From an uncultured euryarchaeote (GTDB taxonomy: Archaea > Thermoplasmatota > Poseidoniia > Poseidoniales > Poseidoniaceae), in NCBI GenBank assembly GCA_937915175.1, contig CALDNA010000057.1:3328-67327 (forward strand): a stretch of 64,000 nucleotides of DNA, written 5' to 3'. Made by a program: the position numbers and the translations under genes. The notes below the pieces were generated by a model. It was not told where the DNA came from. It worked only from the letters and a program-made list of their open reading frames with translations, and made no database searches. Below are positions 1-9,675 of the stretch, one piece after another. Position 1 is the stretch's first letter; every line of letters begins with the position of its first letter.

Positions 1-1
1 C

Positions 2-3000
2 ACCCTCAACATGAACAACACCGCCACGGCAACGACCTTGCTCTGGATGACAGCAGGCGAATTTAACAGCAATAATTCCACGTTTTCGGTGATTGTTACC
101 GACCTGTTCGGCCACACAACGCCCCTCGGTTGGGTCAATGGGAGCGGGATCACTGAAAGCCCATACCACTTCGACGGTATAGGATCACAACCAATTGCAG
201 GAGATATCGATAGCGATGGCGACATTGACTTTATTGGTCAAAATCCACAAGGCTATACGATTGCCCTAAACATTGGTTTGCAATGGAACACCACCGCTGT
301 CTTGGCGACCAATGAACTCGCCACTGCGAGTGCCCTGATCAATGCCTCTGTGTTCGACCACGATGGGGACGGGGTGAATTCCCTTGTTGTGCCCAACCCG
401 AGCACAACCGATGGCAACGCACAAACCATGGAAGGCAACTTGACCGTTTATACATTGAATTCAACCCAAATTGGAAACATTTCTTCGGTGGTACAACCAT
501 GGTCCATTCCGGCCAATGCACAACCAGTGGACATGAATGGAGACGGCTTGATGGAACATGTCGTTGCAGCCGGCGAATCCACATTGGGATTGTTTATTGG
601 CGCATGGCACCAAGTTGCAATGGACGTCGATAGCGATGGACAGGACGACTTGGAAGCCTCCGGCTATGCAGGGCACGCAGCCTACGGTATGACGCCGCTT
701 TACATCCTTGATCCGATGGGGAACATTACCAACACCCTCTCTCCGTTGATGAACGCGCTCCCTTACACGGAAGACGGATTCGGAATTCGCCTCTCAAGCC
801 TCAGTTTCGCATTCTCAAACACTGGAAACGGGAGCTTCAACATTTCAGGAATGGACATCGGCTATGATGCGGACTTTATCGTAGAGAACAACCCATTCTC
901 TGCAGGGAACCTCACCAACATCATCAACCAGCAACAAACAGCAGGCACGGGTAATTTCGTGGTTGCCCTTCCAGTTCATGCAACGCTGAACGGGACGTTT
1001 GCAGTGTCTGGCTTGGTTGCCCAATACAGCCCTGGCGCACCAAACCTTTCGCTTCCCCCCACGCCAACCGTTAGCGTGACAGAACTCACTTCCGATCGGG
1101 TTCAATTGGAGTGGCAGGACATGCTTGATTTTGGTGAGGATCTGATCGAATTTGAAATCTTCAGAACCTCCGTGGGCGTGCCCTTTGATTTGACATCAGC
1201 GCACGCTGTTGAAGGCAACAACATGACTGTTGATGGCGAGGTAGTCCACGGTGAGACCTACGTCTATGGCGTTCGTTCCCTCCATGCGTACGGCGTCACG
1301 AGCGCTATGTCGACACCGCTGAGTGTAACCATTCCATACCCTGCGCCACCCGGCGCTGTGCTGGGATTGATTGCCGTTGATACGCCAGGGGATACCGGTG
1401 GTTCAATCGATGTGACTTGGAACATCTCAATCGATGGAGCGGTCGAGTACCGCGTGTACGTTGAAACACAAGCCATCGAGGCACTTGATGGATTGCAGGC
1501 CATTGCAACCCTTCCTCATTCCACCAGCAACGCCACCATGATGGTGAGTACTGCTAACCTTGGGCTCATTACGATTGACGGCGATGCCTATTATGCCGCT
1601 GTAGTGGCTTTTGACGGGTACGGTAATGCAACCGAATCCTTCGCCTCGGTTGGACCAATCTCCTCGCTCAACAATTCACTGCGAAGCGCCCTCATCGAAT
1701 ACGATCTGTCTTCAACAGGCAGCAGCGGGCAAGATGATTTCAGTCTGAGCGCTCTTGATTCACTTTACCTCAACATCACCTTGAGCGCCGACGGTACACC
1801 CCTGAGCGGCGAAAACCTCGAGTTAGAAATTGCAGCATCTGGCGCGAGCATCAAGTACGCCGGTACCACGGACGCAAACGGCATTTGGCAAGCCGTTGCG
1901 GTTGAGGACCTTGCACAACTTGGTGGCACGTTCACCACCTTCTTTGACACTGCAACGATGACCATCGAATACCTCGGCACAGCAGGAAACGCAACCATGC
2001 AACCGGTTGCAGCTGAAACCCTCATACTCGAGGGACTTGGGATCCTTCGTGCCAACATTGATGTGAATGATATGGCCCTTCAACTCGATGAAACAGGCGT
2101 GTTTGAACTTGAGCTTGATTTGGAAGCAGAACTGGCAACGCAAAACACCTACCTTGAGGGCCTCACATATACATGGGAGCAGCGCAATTCATCTGGCAAC
2201 ATCACCAGCAGCGGCGCGATTGAAGTCAAAGGTGGTCAACTCCTTCTTTCAGGAACTGCCAATCAAACGGACACCCTCACCCTCACTTCCGACCCAAGCA
2301 AGACCTGGATCTCACCTTCGATTGATCCGTTGATGTTCACTTTCACTGGTGGCCCGGACACGGGCTCCAATCAAACCACAGACGACAACGGCACGAACGA
2401 TACCAATACCACGCAAGAGCCTACATTCCCAGACGCCACCCTACCGGGCACTGTTGATTGTGGGACAGCGACCTACCCTTGGATTGACGACGGCACCGAT
2501 GCCCCCATCACGTGCACCATTACCAATCCAAATCCGTTTGATGTGATGCTTGGTTTCTCTTGGATTTTGTATCCGACCACGCCACCTCCGTTGACCTTTG
2601 AATACGTTTTGGGAGAGCCGGGAACTGAAACTATTTCAGCAACTGGAACAACACAAATTGAATTTACTCCAGTCCGAAATGGCCCCTCTGATGGATTGTT
2701 CCCGGGCCTCCAAGGTGTCGACTATGCGTTCTTTTTCACATGCAGCGAATACGGGGGCCAAAACCTGTGCGACTCCATGACCACGCCCACAGCAACCGTT
2801 GAGGGTGAATTTCAATGGACGCTTGGTGAACAACCACAGGTCGATGAGCCAATTGCAACCCCACCTGCTGACGCAAAGAGTTCCACGCCTCTCATTGTTG
2901 GCAGCGTTGTCGGCGTTCTGCTGCTTGTCGCCATCATTGGCGGCGCGATCGTTCTGCGAAGCGGCCAAGAGGAAGAAGACGATTGGTACTCGGCCGAGGA

Positions 3001-3349
3001 GGAAGACGAAGAATCAGCTCCAGCAGCCGAGAAACCGACGGAATCCCCAAGCCGAACCCTCGGTGAACTTCGGTCAGAAGGCCGGTCACTCGATGATGTT
3101 GAAGCACCGGAAGAGCGACGACCGAGCCTGTTTGATGAATTCAATTCGAACTCTGACTCAGAGATTGAATCCTACCAGCCCGTGAGTGAGTCGGTTGAAC
3201 CATCGTTCGGCGAAGAAGAGGGCACTGAAGAAGCTGAAGAAGACGGCATCAGTGTTGACGAAAACGGCACCGAATGGTGGGAAGATGAGGAAGGCGTCTG
3301 GTGGTACCGGGAAGAAGGCTGGGAAGACTGGGCGGTTTGGGAAGAATAA
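2..3349 (+). CDS. Large cell-surface protein, 5'-truncated at the window edge. Contains FG-GAP/VCBS-like Ca-binding repeats, FN3-like modules, one C-terminal TM helix and an acidic Trp-rich tail.
   Basis: The frame is open to nt 2 and the listed Met-11 N-terminus has no signal peptide. DxDxDG-type loops are present (GDIDSDGDIDF, FDHDGDGVNS, VDMNGDGLME, VDSDGQDD). FN3-like segments include LEWQD...YVYGVRS and DTPGDTGGSIDVTW...YRVYV. The hydrophobic stretch PLIVGSVVGVLLLVAIIGGAIVL is followed by an E/D-rich tail ending WWEDEEGVWWYREEGWEDWAVWEE. Confidence 0.8.
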   Translation, partial: TLNMNNTATATTLLWMTAGEFNSNNSTFSVIVTDLFGHTTPLGWVNGSGITESPYHFDGIGSQPIAGDIDSDGDIDFIGQNPQGYTIALNIGLQWNTTAVLATNELATASALINASVFDHDGDGVNSLVVPNPSTTDGNAQTMEGNLTVYTLNSTQIGNISSVVQPWSIPANAQPVDMNGDGLMEHVVAAGESTLGLFIGAWHQVAMDVDSDGQDDLEASGYAGHAAYGMTPLYILDPMGNITNTLSPLMNALPYTEDGFGIRLSSLSFAFSNTGNGSFNISGMDIGYDADFIVENNPFSAGNLTNIINQQQTAGTGNFVVALPVHATLNGTFAVSGLVAQYSPGAPNLSLPPTPTVSVTELTSDRVQLEWQDMLDFGEDLIEFEIFRTSVGVPFDLTSAHAVEGNNMTVDGEVVHGETYVYGVRSLHAYGVTSAMSTPLSVTIPYPAPPGAVLGLIAVDTPGDTGGSIDVTWNISIDGAVEYRVYVETQAIEALDGLQAIATLPHSTSNATMMVSTANLGLITIDGDAYYAAVVAFDGYGNATESFASVGPISSLNNSLRSALIEYDLSSTGSSGQDDFSLSALDSLYLNITLSADGTPLSGENLELEIAASGASIKYAGTTDANGIWQAVAVEDLAQLGGTFTTFFDTATMTIEYLGTAGNATMQPVAAETLILEGLGILRANIDVNDMALQLDETGVFELELDLEAELATQNTYLEGLTYTWEQRNSSGNITSSGAIEVKGGQLLLSGTANQTDTLTLTSDPSKTWISPSIDPLMFTFTGGPDTGSNQTTDDNGTNDTNTTQEPTFPDATLPGTVDCGTATYPWIDDGTDAPITCTITNPNPFDVMLGFSWILYPTTPPPLTFEYVLGEPGTETISATGTTQIEFTPVRNGPSDGLFPGLQGVDYAFFFTCSEYGGQNLCDSMTTPTATVEGEFQWTLGEQPQVDEPIATPPADAKSSTPLIVGSVVGVLLLVAIIGGAIVLRSGQEEEDDWYSAEEEDEESAPAAEKPTESPSRTLGELRSEGRSLDDVEAPEERRPSLFDEFNSNSDSEIESYQPVSESVEPSFGEEEGTEEAEEDGISVDENGTEWWEDEEGVWWYREEGWEDWAVWEE

Positions 3350-3405
3350 CCTTCATCGCAGGTCTTTTCATAGGGTCGTTCTCACCACAACATGGAGGGC
3401 ATTTG

Positions 3406-4167
3406 ATGGAACATGAATTGAAGGGCTATGCACTTGTCTTGCAAGAAGGTGCAGATCCACGAACCGGTGGTGTTGCTATTGCAGGCTTTACCACGGCTGG
3501 TATGGTTGGCGTTATTGCAGCCGCGCACATCATCAAGACGCTGAAAATGCGTCAACTTGGCACGGTTTTGAATGCAGAGTTTCCAGCGGTTGCCCTGATT
3601 CACAACGAGATTCCAAAGCACCCTGTCCGGGTCTATCAGGGCGATGGCATTGGTGTATTCACCTCCGAAATACAATTCAAGAACGAGCAGGACATCATGT
3701 TCGCTTCGACCGTTTTGGAATGGTTCACCAAAGGCGGATTTGATCGTCTCATCATCATCGACGGTCTTGTTGGCTCCGGCGACGTCCAAGCGGGCCAGTT
3801 GTTTGGCGTTGGTTCATCAGAGGCGGCACGAGTGCGGTTGCGAAATTCAGGTATTGAGCCAATTCAGCAAGGCATTGTTGCAGGCATCACTGGATTCCTC
3901 TTGGGTGAAGGCGACCGACTTGGGATTGACGTGACGGCCTTGTTGGCTGAAGCAAGCCCGCTTTACCCCGATGCAAGGGCGGCAGCACTCGCCGTTGAAG
4001 CCGTCGGGGAACTGACTGGTTTGGAAATTCCACTCACTGAATTGCTTGAAAACGCTCAAACCATCGAGTCAAGCGTCCAAGAGGTCATAGAAAATTCACG
4101 GACCATGTTGCCAGGGCCTCACATCGATATCCCTGATGATCCTTCACTCGACCCTTCAGTTGGTTGA
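3406..4167 (+). CDS. PAC2-family (proteasome assembly chaperone-like) protein
   Basis: GVAIAGFTTAGMVGVIAAAHIIKTLKMRQLGTVLNAEFPAVALI...VRVY matches the PAC2/COG2047 N-terminal pattern (GxPGxGxVG...L...fP). I chose the ATG at 3406 (MEHELKG) because the upstream part of the ORF overlaps the previous gene and is Gly/Arg-rich. Confidence 0.65.
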   Translation: MEHELKGYALVLQEGADPRTGGVAIAGFTTAGMVGVIAAAHIIKTLKMRQLGTVLNAEFPAVALIHNEIPKHPVRVYQGDGIGVFTSEIQFKNEQDIMFASTVLEWFTKGGFDRLIIIDGLVGSGDVQAGQLFGVGSSEAARVRLRNSGIEPIQQGIVAGITGFLLGEGDRLGIDVTALLAEASPLYPDARAAALAVEAVGELTGLEIPLTELLENAQTIESSVQEVIENSRTMLPGPHIDIPDDPSLDPSVG

Positions 4168-5520
4168 ACCGCTGGTGGTTTGAACAACCTTCACAACCGT
4201 TTCAAACGGCGCGTCGGTCACAAGCATCGGTTCCAGATCAGGATAGCGTGCAGCAGCATGGCCTGATTCAATCAGTGCCGCAATTAATTTCTCAATTTTC
4301 GGAGCACCGCCAACGCCGCACAAACGAGGCAACGCATCGAGGCTCAACAGCAGGTGGTCGCGACTCATGAGGTCGGAAGCCTCTGCAATGTAGCGAACCC
4401 CTCTGCGGACTTCTCTTGAAGAATATTCAATGTCTTCATCGTTCCAAATCAAGCCAAACTCACGTCCCCGATTGATGTCATCTGGCTTTGGGTGACACAG
4501 TTCAAGCGCTCTTTCTTCAGTCATCCGTCCTGCGACCTCCTTGTGCCACATCGGACCAATCCACATCGGGCCGCTTGCGTTCGGTAATTGTTCAGGCGCA
4601 GGGTGCTGGACAAACCGGTAGGGTATGTCCTCGCATCGAACCCGCCAGCCGATTGATTTTCGAATGGCGGTTGCTTCAGATTTGCTTGTTCGGACAAGCA
4701 GGGAAATTCGCACATGATGGCCGTCAAATAAGGCCAGGAGAGGTGTGACCACCTTATCAAGACGGGCAGCGGTTGTGGCCACAGTGCCCAGCAGCAAACG
4801 AACCGCATCATCATGAGCGTATTCATCAACCAGTCCTTTGGCTTGGTAGCGCCTTGCTTGGCTGGAAGGTGAAGAACCCGTTAAGGCGGCGGTATCTGTT
4901 GCGGTCACTTCGAGCACACCGGTACGCGACAGGCTCTGCAATGCAGCATCAAGAAATTGAATTGGGGAACCAAATGGATCCAAATCGACCCATTGGTAGG
5001 CCGCATCCACCATCGCCATCCTCGCATCGAGGCGCTGGAAATGCACCCCATTGTCAAACACGGCCGTTGAGGTTTGGCCGTGGCGGTCGCCTTCAGGTTC
5101 GTGTTCAACCGGTGTGTGAGGTGGGTGTTTAGCGTGAGACATCTTCGCCCAAGACAGTGCGAATTCATCCAAATCATTCGCAGTAATTCGCAATCGATGC
5201 TGAAGTTCGCCGGGGATTTCGTTGCGCCATCGCCGGATACGTACCCCGGTTGCGCACAAAGCGTCGAGGGCCCGAATCGGTCGCTGCTCCTTGACCAGCC
5301 ATTCATGTTCGAGGGCGTCCGTTAGGAGCATCACGCTGCGGGTTCGAGCTGGAGCCATTGCCGGATTGAGAAAGCCGGGGCCTGTGCGCTTTGCCGGGCC
5401 TCTTGGCATGTGCGTGGGCCGTTCTTGTTCTTCCATGAGGTGGATTAATGTGCGACCTTCAAGCCACATTTGACCTGGCCAGCCAGCAGGATGTTTGCCC
5501 TGTTGTACCTCCTCGCCCAT
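4156..5520 (-). CDS. trm1: tRNA (guanine26-N2)-dimethyltransferase Trm1
   Basis: Trm1 hallmarks are FLNPAMAPARTRSV, LDALCATGVRIRRW and VDLDPFGSPIQFLDAALQSLSRTGVLEVTATDTAAL. The ATG at 5520 is preferred over the GTG at 5535. The 3' end overlaps the convergent PAC2 gene by 12 nt. Confidence 0.88.
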   Translation of the reverse strand: MGEEVQQGKHPAGWPGQMWLEGRTLIHLMEEQERPTHMPRGPAKRTGPGFLNPAMAPARTRSVMLLTDALEHEWLVKEQRPIRALDALCATGVRIRRWRNEIPGELQHRLRITANDLDEFALSWAKMSHAKHPPHTPVEHEPEGDRHGQTSTAVFDNGVHFQRLDARMAMVDAAYQWVDLDPFGSPIQFLDAALQSLSRTGVLEVTATDTAALTGSSPSSQARRYQAKGLVDEYAHDDAVRLLLGTVATTAARLDKVVTPLLALFDGHHVRISLLVRTSKSEATAIRKSIGWRVRCEDIPYRFVQHPAPEQLPNASGPMWIGPMWHKEVAGRMTEERALELCHPKPDDINRGREFGLIWNDEDIEYSSREVRRGVRYIAEASDLMSRDHLLLSLDALPRLCGVGGAPKIEKLIAALIESGHAAARYPDLEPMLVTDAPFETVVKVVQTTSGSTN

Positions 5521-5612
5521 GCTCCTCGGTGACACTGCTCATTGAAGACCGCACCGATGGACAAAGGTATGGCCATCACAATTCGGTTGAAGATGTGACA
5601 CTTGGTGTGAAA

Positions 5613-8435
5613 ATGCACACTAAGGCTTATACCGCATCCGATGTCCTAACGTTAGTTATGTCCTTATTGAAATCCAATAAAGCGATGCTTGCAGCCGGCT
5701 TAATGTTCCTCCTTCTAAACCTCGCAGTTTTGGCGCCACTATCGACTGGTGGAGTCCAAGATGCAGTCGACGAAACATTTGCGACCTACACAAAAGATAC
5801 AGCATGTGCCAACGATGATTGCACGGAAGCAGAGGCCGAATGGGCAGTTTCTACTTCTCAGCGAGACTATTCCGCTTGGTCAATAACAAATCTTGACGAA
5901 ATGATGGCCAACGGTACAGAACCGGCGTATAAAGAAATTGGGCCATTCACTTATGATATTACCAAAACGAACACTATTACTGGCTATGATAAAACAAATG
6001 GCACCCTCACATACACCCAAATCAAGTCACATCAATGCGCTGTAGATAGCGCAAACCCATGTGACACTCCTGTAACTCAAATAAATATTGGATTCCAACC
6101 ACAGGTGATCGGTGCAACAGGAATGGCAATTAATGGAATTATGGAACTCACCAAAGTCGCATTCTCAGCCGGTATGCTGGGTGCTGATTTGGAAAGCATG
6201 CAAGCAGGTTCAGCAACAGCCACAACCATCTCAGCACAAATCGCAGGTGCATCGGCTCAAATGCAAGCCGCAGGCCTCGATGAAGAAACTGCAGACGCAA
6301 TGGCTCCAGCGGCCGTAGCCAATGGATGGTTTGATGCCTTTGATGCTTTTTTCGCAGCAACGAATGCTTCTCAAATGAACAACATGACGGGTAATGGTGA
6401 AACAATCAGTTATTCACAAGCCATGGGCGGACAAACAGCAGGTTTCACAGATGTTTCAACGGCTATGGATTCAGCAATGATGCCAACAGGTGAATCTGCG
6501 GCATTGACTGGAGGACTTGGTGTTCTGCTCCTTGCAGGACATTGCTCCTCCTTTGCTACTGCTGACTATGCAGAAATCATGGCAGATGCTGCCAATGGAT
6601 TCGCTAATGTCGGTACAATGCAACGTGCAGCCATTTGGAATTACACGGCAATGGCCGATGCAACAACTCCAGACTTTAACACCACAATCGCTCGAGACCA
6701 TGCAGTTTGCTTCGGAGTCGCTGGAGATTTCTCTATGAACAATGGTGGCGGCGATGCAACATGGTTTGCAACACCTGAAACCTCCGTAAATGCATCATCT
6801 CGGTTTGCAAATCTCGGTATTACGATTGACAACATGGTTGCCATGAATTTACTCTTTGCAGGACAAGGCACAGATACCCCAACAGGTCTTCTTGCTAGCA
6901 ATGCAGAACAAACTGCATTCGGACTTGCATCGTTCATGCAAATGGATGCAGCTTCAGCAATGACCGCATTCAATCTTGATGCGACTCAATATGGAGCTAT
7001 TGCAATGTGGGCTGGTGCTTGGCTAACCGATGTTAGCACCTTCCCTATGGTTCTGAGAGGCGGAACGGGCGACATGACAGCATCACTCTTCGTCAATACT
7101 ACCTTTGGTGCAGCAGACCCGATCAATGGCGGATACCTAACCAACAGCCTGAATTTGGGCGGTGCATGGGGAGTTGTCGGTGCATCTTTTGGCGCTCCAG
7201 CAGTCGAGTTGACCGCTGCACAATCAGGTAACCTCCTCTATGGTCCACTTGGACTCACAACTTCAGCAGGGGCAACAATATTCCTCTTCGGTGAATTATC
7301 AGGACAAACACCTCCAGTCGATTTCACCACAATGCAACCCGGACCACAAATGGAATGGAATGCTTCAACGATTGCTACACTCTACGGAATCGATGTAAAT
7401 GCAGCAAGCGCAGTTCGCGCTTTGATGATGGGTCCAATATATGGCGAAACAGCAGAATCGTTCGTACCAGGATTTTTGATGAGTTCATTCGGAACGACTC
7501 AGTACTTGGAGCAACCTGTGAGTGCGTGGTTATTCGGATGGCACGATCCTGTTAGCGCTTTCCTTGCTTCAGGAAACCCAATGGACATGACCGTTGGATG
7601 GGCTTCTCTCGATACCAATGAAACATACTACGGTTCTGACGGCGTTCTCAATGGTAATGGAACATCATACACCATTTGCACTGGAGAAGTTGCAGGATGT
7701 GACAAAGGAGAATCTGTATTGGAAGATGGTTCCAATGAATTGCCATGGCATAACACCAGAATGGCTACAGCAACCTTTGGATTGATTGGAGTTGAATACC
7801 TCGATGGCGCAACCGGCGGATTCCTTACAGGAACTGACGACAAGGTCGATGTATCAGGCTATGCAGTCGTTCCGGTTACCTGTGACGCAACAGGAACCGT
7901 TGAAAATATTCCAGTGGATATCTGTACTGCATCCGTTGAAGCAACATCACGTTCCATTCAAGCAAAGAACTTGGAGACCTTCACTTTGCTCGATGCAACA
8001 CCAAGCGCTCTACCAATTTTCTTGGGCAGTGATATTACATTGAAGAGTGAGAAACTATCTGGTTTGATTATTGCTGGCGAATCCACAACAACATTCTACT
8101 TGGATACCCGTCAAAACACAAACATGACAACAGCTCCACAAATGTCTGATTTGATTAAGGTGTTCACAATCAATTCATCATCGATGATAGAGGCTGGAGA
8201 TGCTGATACTATGGAAAGTTCAATTGTGACCAATCAAGAAACGTTCGGATACTGGACAAACTTCGATCACCCAGTTGATTACATCACGATCATGTTCTAC
8301 ATCTTGGCCATTGGCGCTCTTGCAAACGGCGTCCGCCTCATGGGTTCCGAAGATGAAACAGATGAATCAATGAAGGCTGAAGCTGCTCCTGCAGAAGAAG
8401 CACCTTCCGAAGAGGCTTCTGAAGCAGCAGAGTGA
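5613..8435 (+). CDS. Two-TM membrane protein with CD36/LIMP-2/SR-B-family-like motifs, a large Ala/Gly/Met-rich insertion and an acidic C-terminal tail
   Basis: N-terminal TM AMLAAGLMFLLLNLAVLAPL and C-terminal TM YITIMFYILAIGALANGVRLM. Ordered motifs YSAWSITNLDEMMANGTEPAYKEIGPFTY (5868-5954), WLFGWHDP (7527-7550), ALPIFLGSD and TTFYLDTRQNT resemble the CD36 family as I recall it. The ATG at 5613 was chosen because upstream ORF codons overlap the trm1 5' end. Confidence 0.55.
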   Translation: MHTKAYTASDVLTLVMSLLKSNKAMLAAGLMFLLLNLAVLAPLSTGGVQDAVDETFATYTKDTACANDDCTEAEAEWAVSTSQRDYSAWSITNLDEMMANGTEPAYKEIGPFTYDITKTNTITGYDKTNGTLTYTQIKSHQCAVDSANPCDTPVTQINIGFQPQVIGATGMAINGIMELTKVAFSAGMLGADLESMQAGSATATTISAQIAGASAQMQAAGLDEETADAMAPAAVANGWFDAFDAFFAATNASQMNNMTGNGETISYSQAMGGQTAGFTDVSTAMDSAMMPTGESAALTGGLGVLLLAGHCSSFATADYAEIMADAANGFANVGTMQRAAIWNYTAMADATTPDFNTTIARDHAVCFGVAGDFSMNNGGGDATWFATPETSVNASSRFANLGITIDNMVAMNLLFAGQGTDTPTGLLASNAEQTAFGLASFMQMDAASAMTAFNLDATQYGAIAMWAGAWLTDVSTFPMVLRGGTGDMTASLFVNTTFGAADPINGGYLTNSLNLGGAWGVVGASFGAPAVELTAAQSGNLLYGPLGLTTSAGATIFLFGELSGQTPPVDFTTMQPGPQMEWNASTIATLYGIDVNAASAVRALMMGPIYGETAESFVPGFLMSSFGTTQYLEQPVSAWLFGWHDPVSAFLASGNPMDMTVGWASLDTNETYYGSDGVLNGNGTSYTICTGEVAGCDKGESVLEDGSNELPWHNTRMATATFGLIGVEYLDGATGGFLTGTDDKVDVSGYAVVPVTCDATGTVENIPVDICTASVEATSRSIQAKNLETFTLLDATPSALPIFLGSDITLKSEKLSGLIIAGESTTTFYLDTRQNTNMTTAPQMSDLIKVFTINSSSMIEAGDADTMESSIVTNQETFGYWTNFDHPVDYITIMFYILAIGALANGVRLMGSEDETDESMKAEAAPAEEAPSEEASEAAE

Positions 8436-8460
8436 ACTTCACTCATACGCATCGATGGAA

Positions 8461-8478
8461 TTGGGACAACAGTCCCAA
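8461..8478. terminator. Perfect 7-bp stem / 4-nt loop hairpin in the only sizeable convergent spacer; candidate bidirectional terminator
   Basis: TTGGGAC-aaca-GTCCCAA lies between the stop of the + gene (8435) and the stop of purM (8497). The function is inferred; archaeal termination usually relies on T-tracts. Confidence 0.3.
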
Positions 8479-8496
8479 GAAGCCGTTTATGTGGCG

Positions 8497-9621
8497 TCAG
8501 TAATGGGTGAATTCCACGCCTTCGATGGCGTGGGTCACCTTGTGCCCGTGATCCTCAACGGTGCCAATGATGGCAACACCCGTGAGGCGCTGACTCAGCC
8601 AGTCGCAAATGGTCTGTGCGTGCGTCGCATCCACGGCGATAATCATGCCACAGCCCATGTTGAAGGTGCGGTACATCTCTCTCGTTTCGATGCCTCCCGC
8701 ACTTTGGAGCCAATCGAACTCAGGGTGAGCCGGTAGTGGCGCATCAATGTGCCAGCCGAGGCTGTCATGCAGGCGCAAGAGGTTTGACAACCCACCACCA
8801 GTGACGTGGCATATGCCGTGAAGGTCTCGAATTGCAAAGGGAACCTCTTCAGTTGCACAGGCGTGCAACATATCCACAACGGGGTCGCAGTAAATCTTAG
8901 TTGGATTGAGAAACACTTCCCCTAGGGTGAAAGGCATCCCGTCTCGCCCGTCAAACCGCAAAACAGACCGGCCAATGCTGGCAACTGAAAACGGCGTTTC
9001 ATCCGTATAGGAAGCGCCAGCATGTTCCATCACCTTTCGAACCAAGGAATATCCATTTGAATGAACACCAGAAGACGGCAGACCGATCAAAATATCACCC
9101 GCTTTGAGGTTCTCTCCGGTGATGGTGTCGCCTTTCTTGACGTAGCCAAGAGCGGTGCCGGAAAGGTCCAGTTCGGTCACAATGCCTGGGAGTGAAGCGG
9201 TTTCTCCACCGGCCAAGGTTACACGGGCGAGCCGACAGGCTTCAGCCAAAGAAGCGCCAAGTGCTGCATGCGTGGCAGGATCTGGTTTTGGTACAGCAAC
9301 ATAGTCGACAAAAGCGATTGGCTCTGCGCCAACGCAAAGCAAGTCATTGACGTTCATTGCCATGCAATCAATACCAACGCCACCCCACTGGTTGAGGGCG
9401 GATGCAATCTGCAATTTACTGCCAACACCGTCGGTTGCCAGAGCGAGCAACGAGTCGCCAAATTCGATCAGTCCACCGAAGCCCCCCGGCAAATCGACGG
9501 GTGCTCCGGGCGTGCCTGGTTGGCGCGTCGACCTGCCGAGTGAAGCGATGAGGGACGCTACAGCAGAGCCTTCGAGGTCGATGTCGACGCCAGCGCTTGC
9601 GTAATCCATAGGTTCGGCCAT
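8497..9621 (-). CDS. purM: Phosphoribosylformylglycinamidine cyclo-ligase (AIR synthetase)
   Basis: YASAGVDIDLEG...GGFGGL...LATDGVGSKL...GIDCMAMNVNDLLCVGAEP.FVDY...GGETA is colinear with PurM. The ATG at 9621 (MAEPMDYASAGVD) is preferred; the ORF extends to 9654. Confidence 0.9.
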   Translation of the reverse strand: MAEPMDYASAGVDIDLEGSAVASLIASLGRSTRQPGTPGAPVDLPGGFGGLIEFGDSLLALATDGVGSKLQIASALNQWGGVGIDCMAMNVNDLLCVGAEPIAFVDYVAVPKPDPATHAALGASLAEACRLARVTLAGGETASLPGIVTELDLSGTALGYVKKGDTITGENLKAGDILIGLPSSGVHSNGYSLVRKVMEHAGASYTDETPFSVASIGRSVLRFDGRDGMPFTLGEVFLNPTKIYCDPVVDMLHACATEEVPFAIRDLHGICHVTGGGLSNLLRLHDSLGWHIDAPLPAHPEFDWLQSAGGIETREMYRTFNMGCGMIIAVDATHAQTICDWLSQRLTGVAIIGTVEDHGHKVTHAIEGVEFTHY

Positions 9622-9675
9622 GCCCTTGCCACAGAAAGGCGTTTGAAGAACCAACCGGCTGAATCTGCCGCTCGT

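Noticed and set aside
2799-3416. Lys/Arg-rich + strand ORFs (2799-3185, 3186-3416) inside the acidic tail of the first surface protein
   Set aside because: These are off-frame readings of GAA/GAG-rich sequence (giving AAG/AGA codons). They are low-complexity basic peptides fully nested in the long supported ORF.
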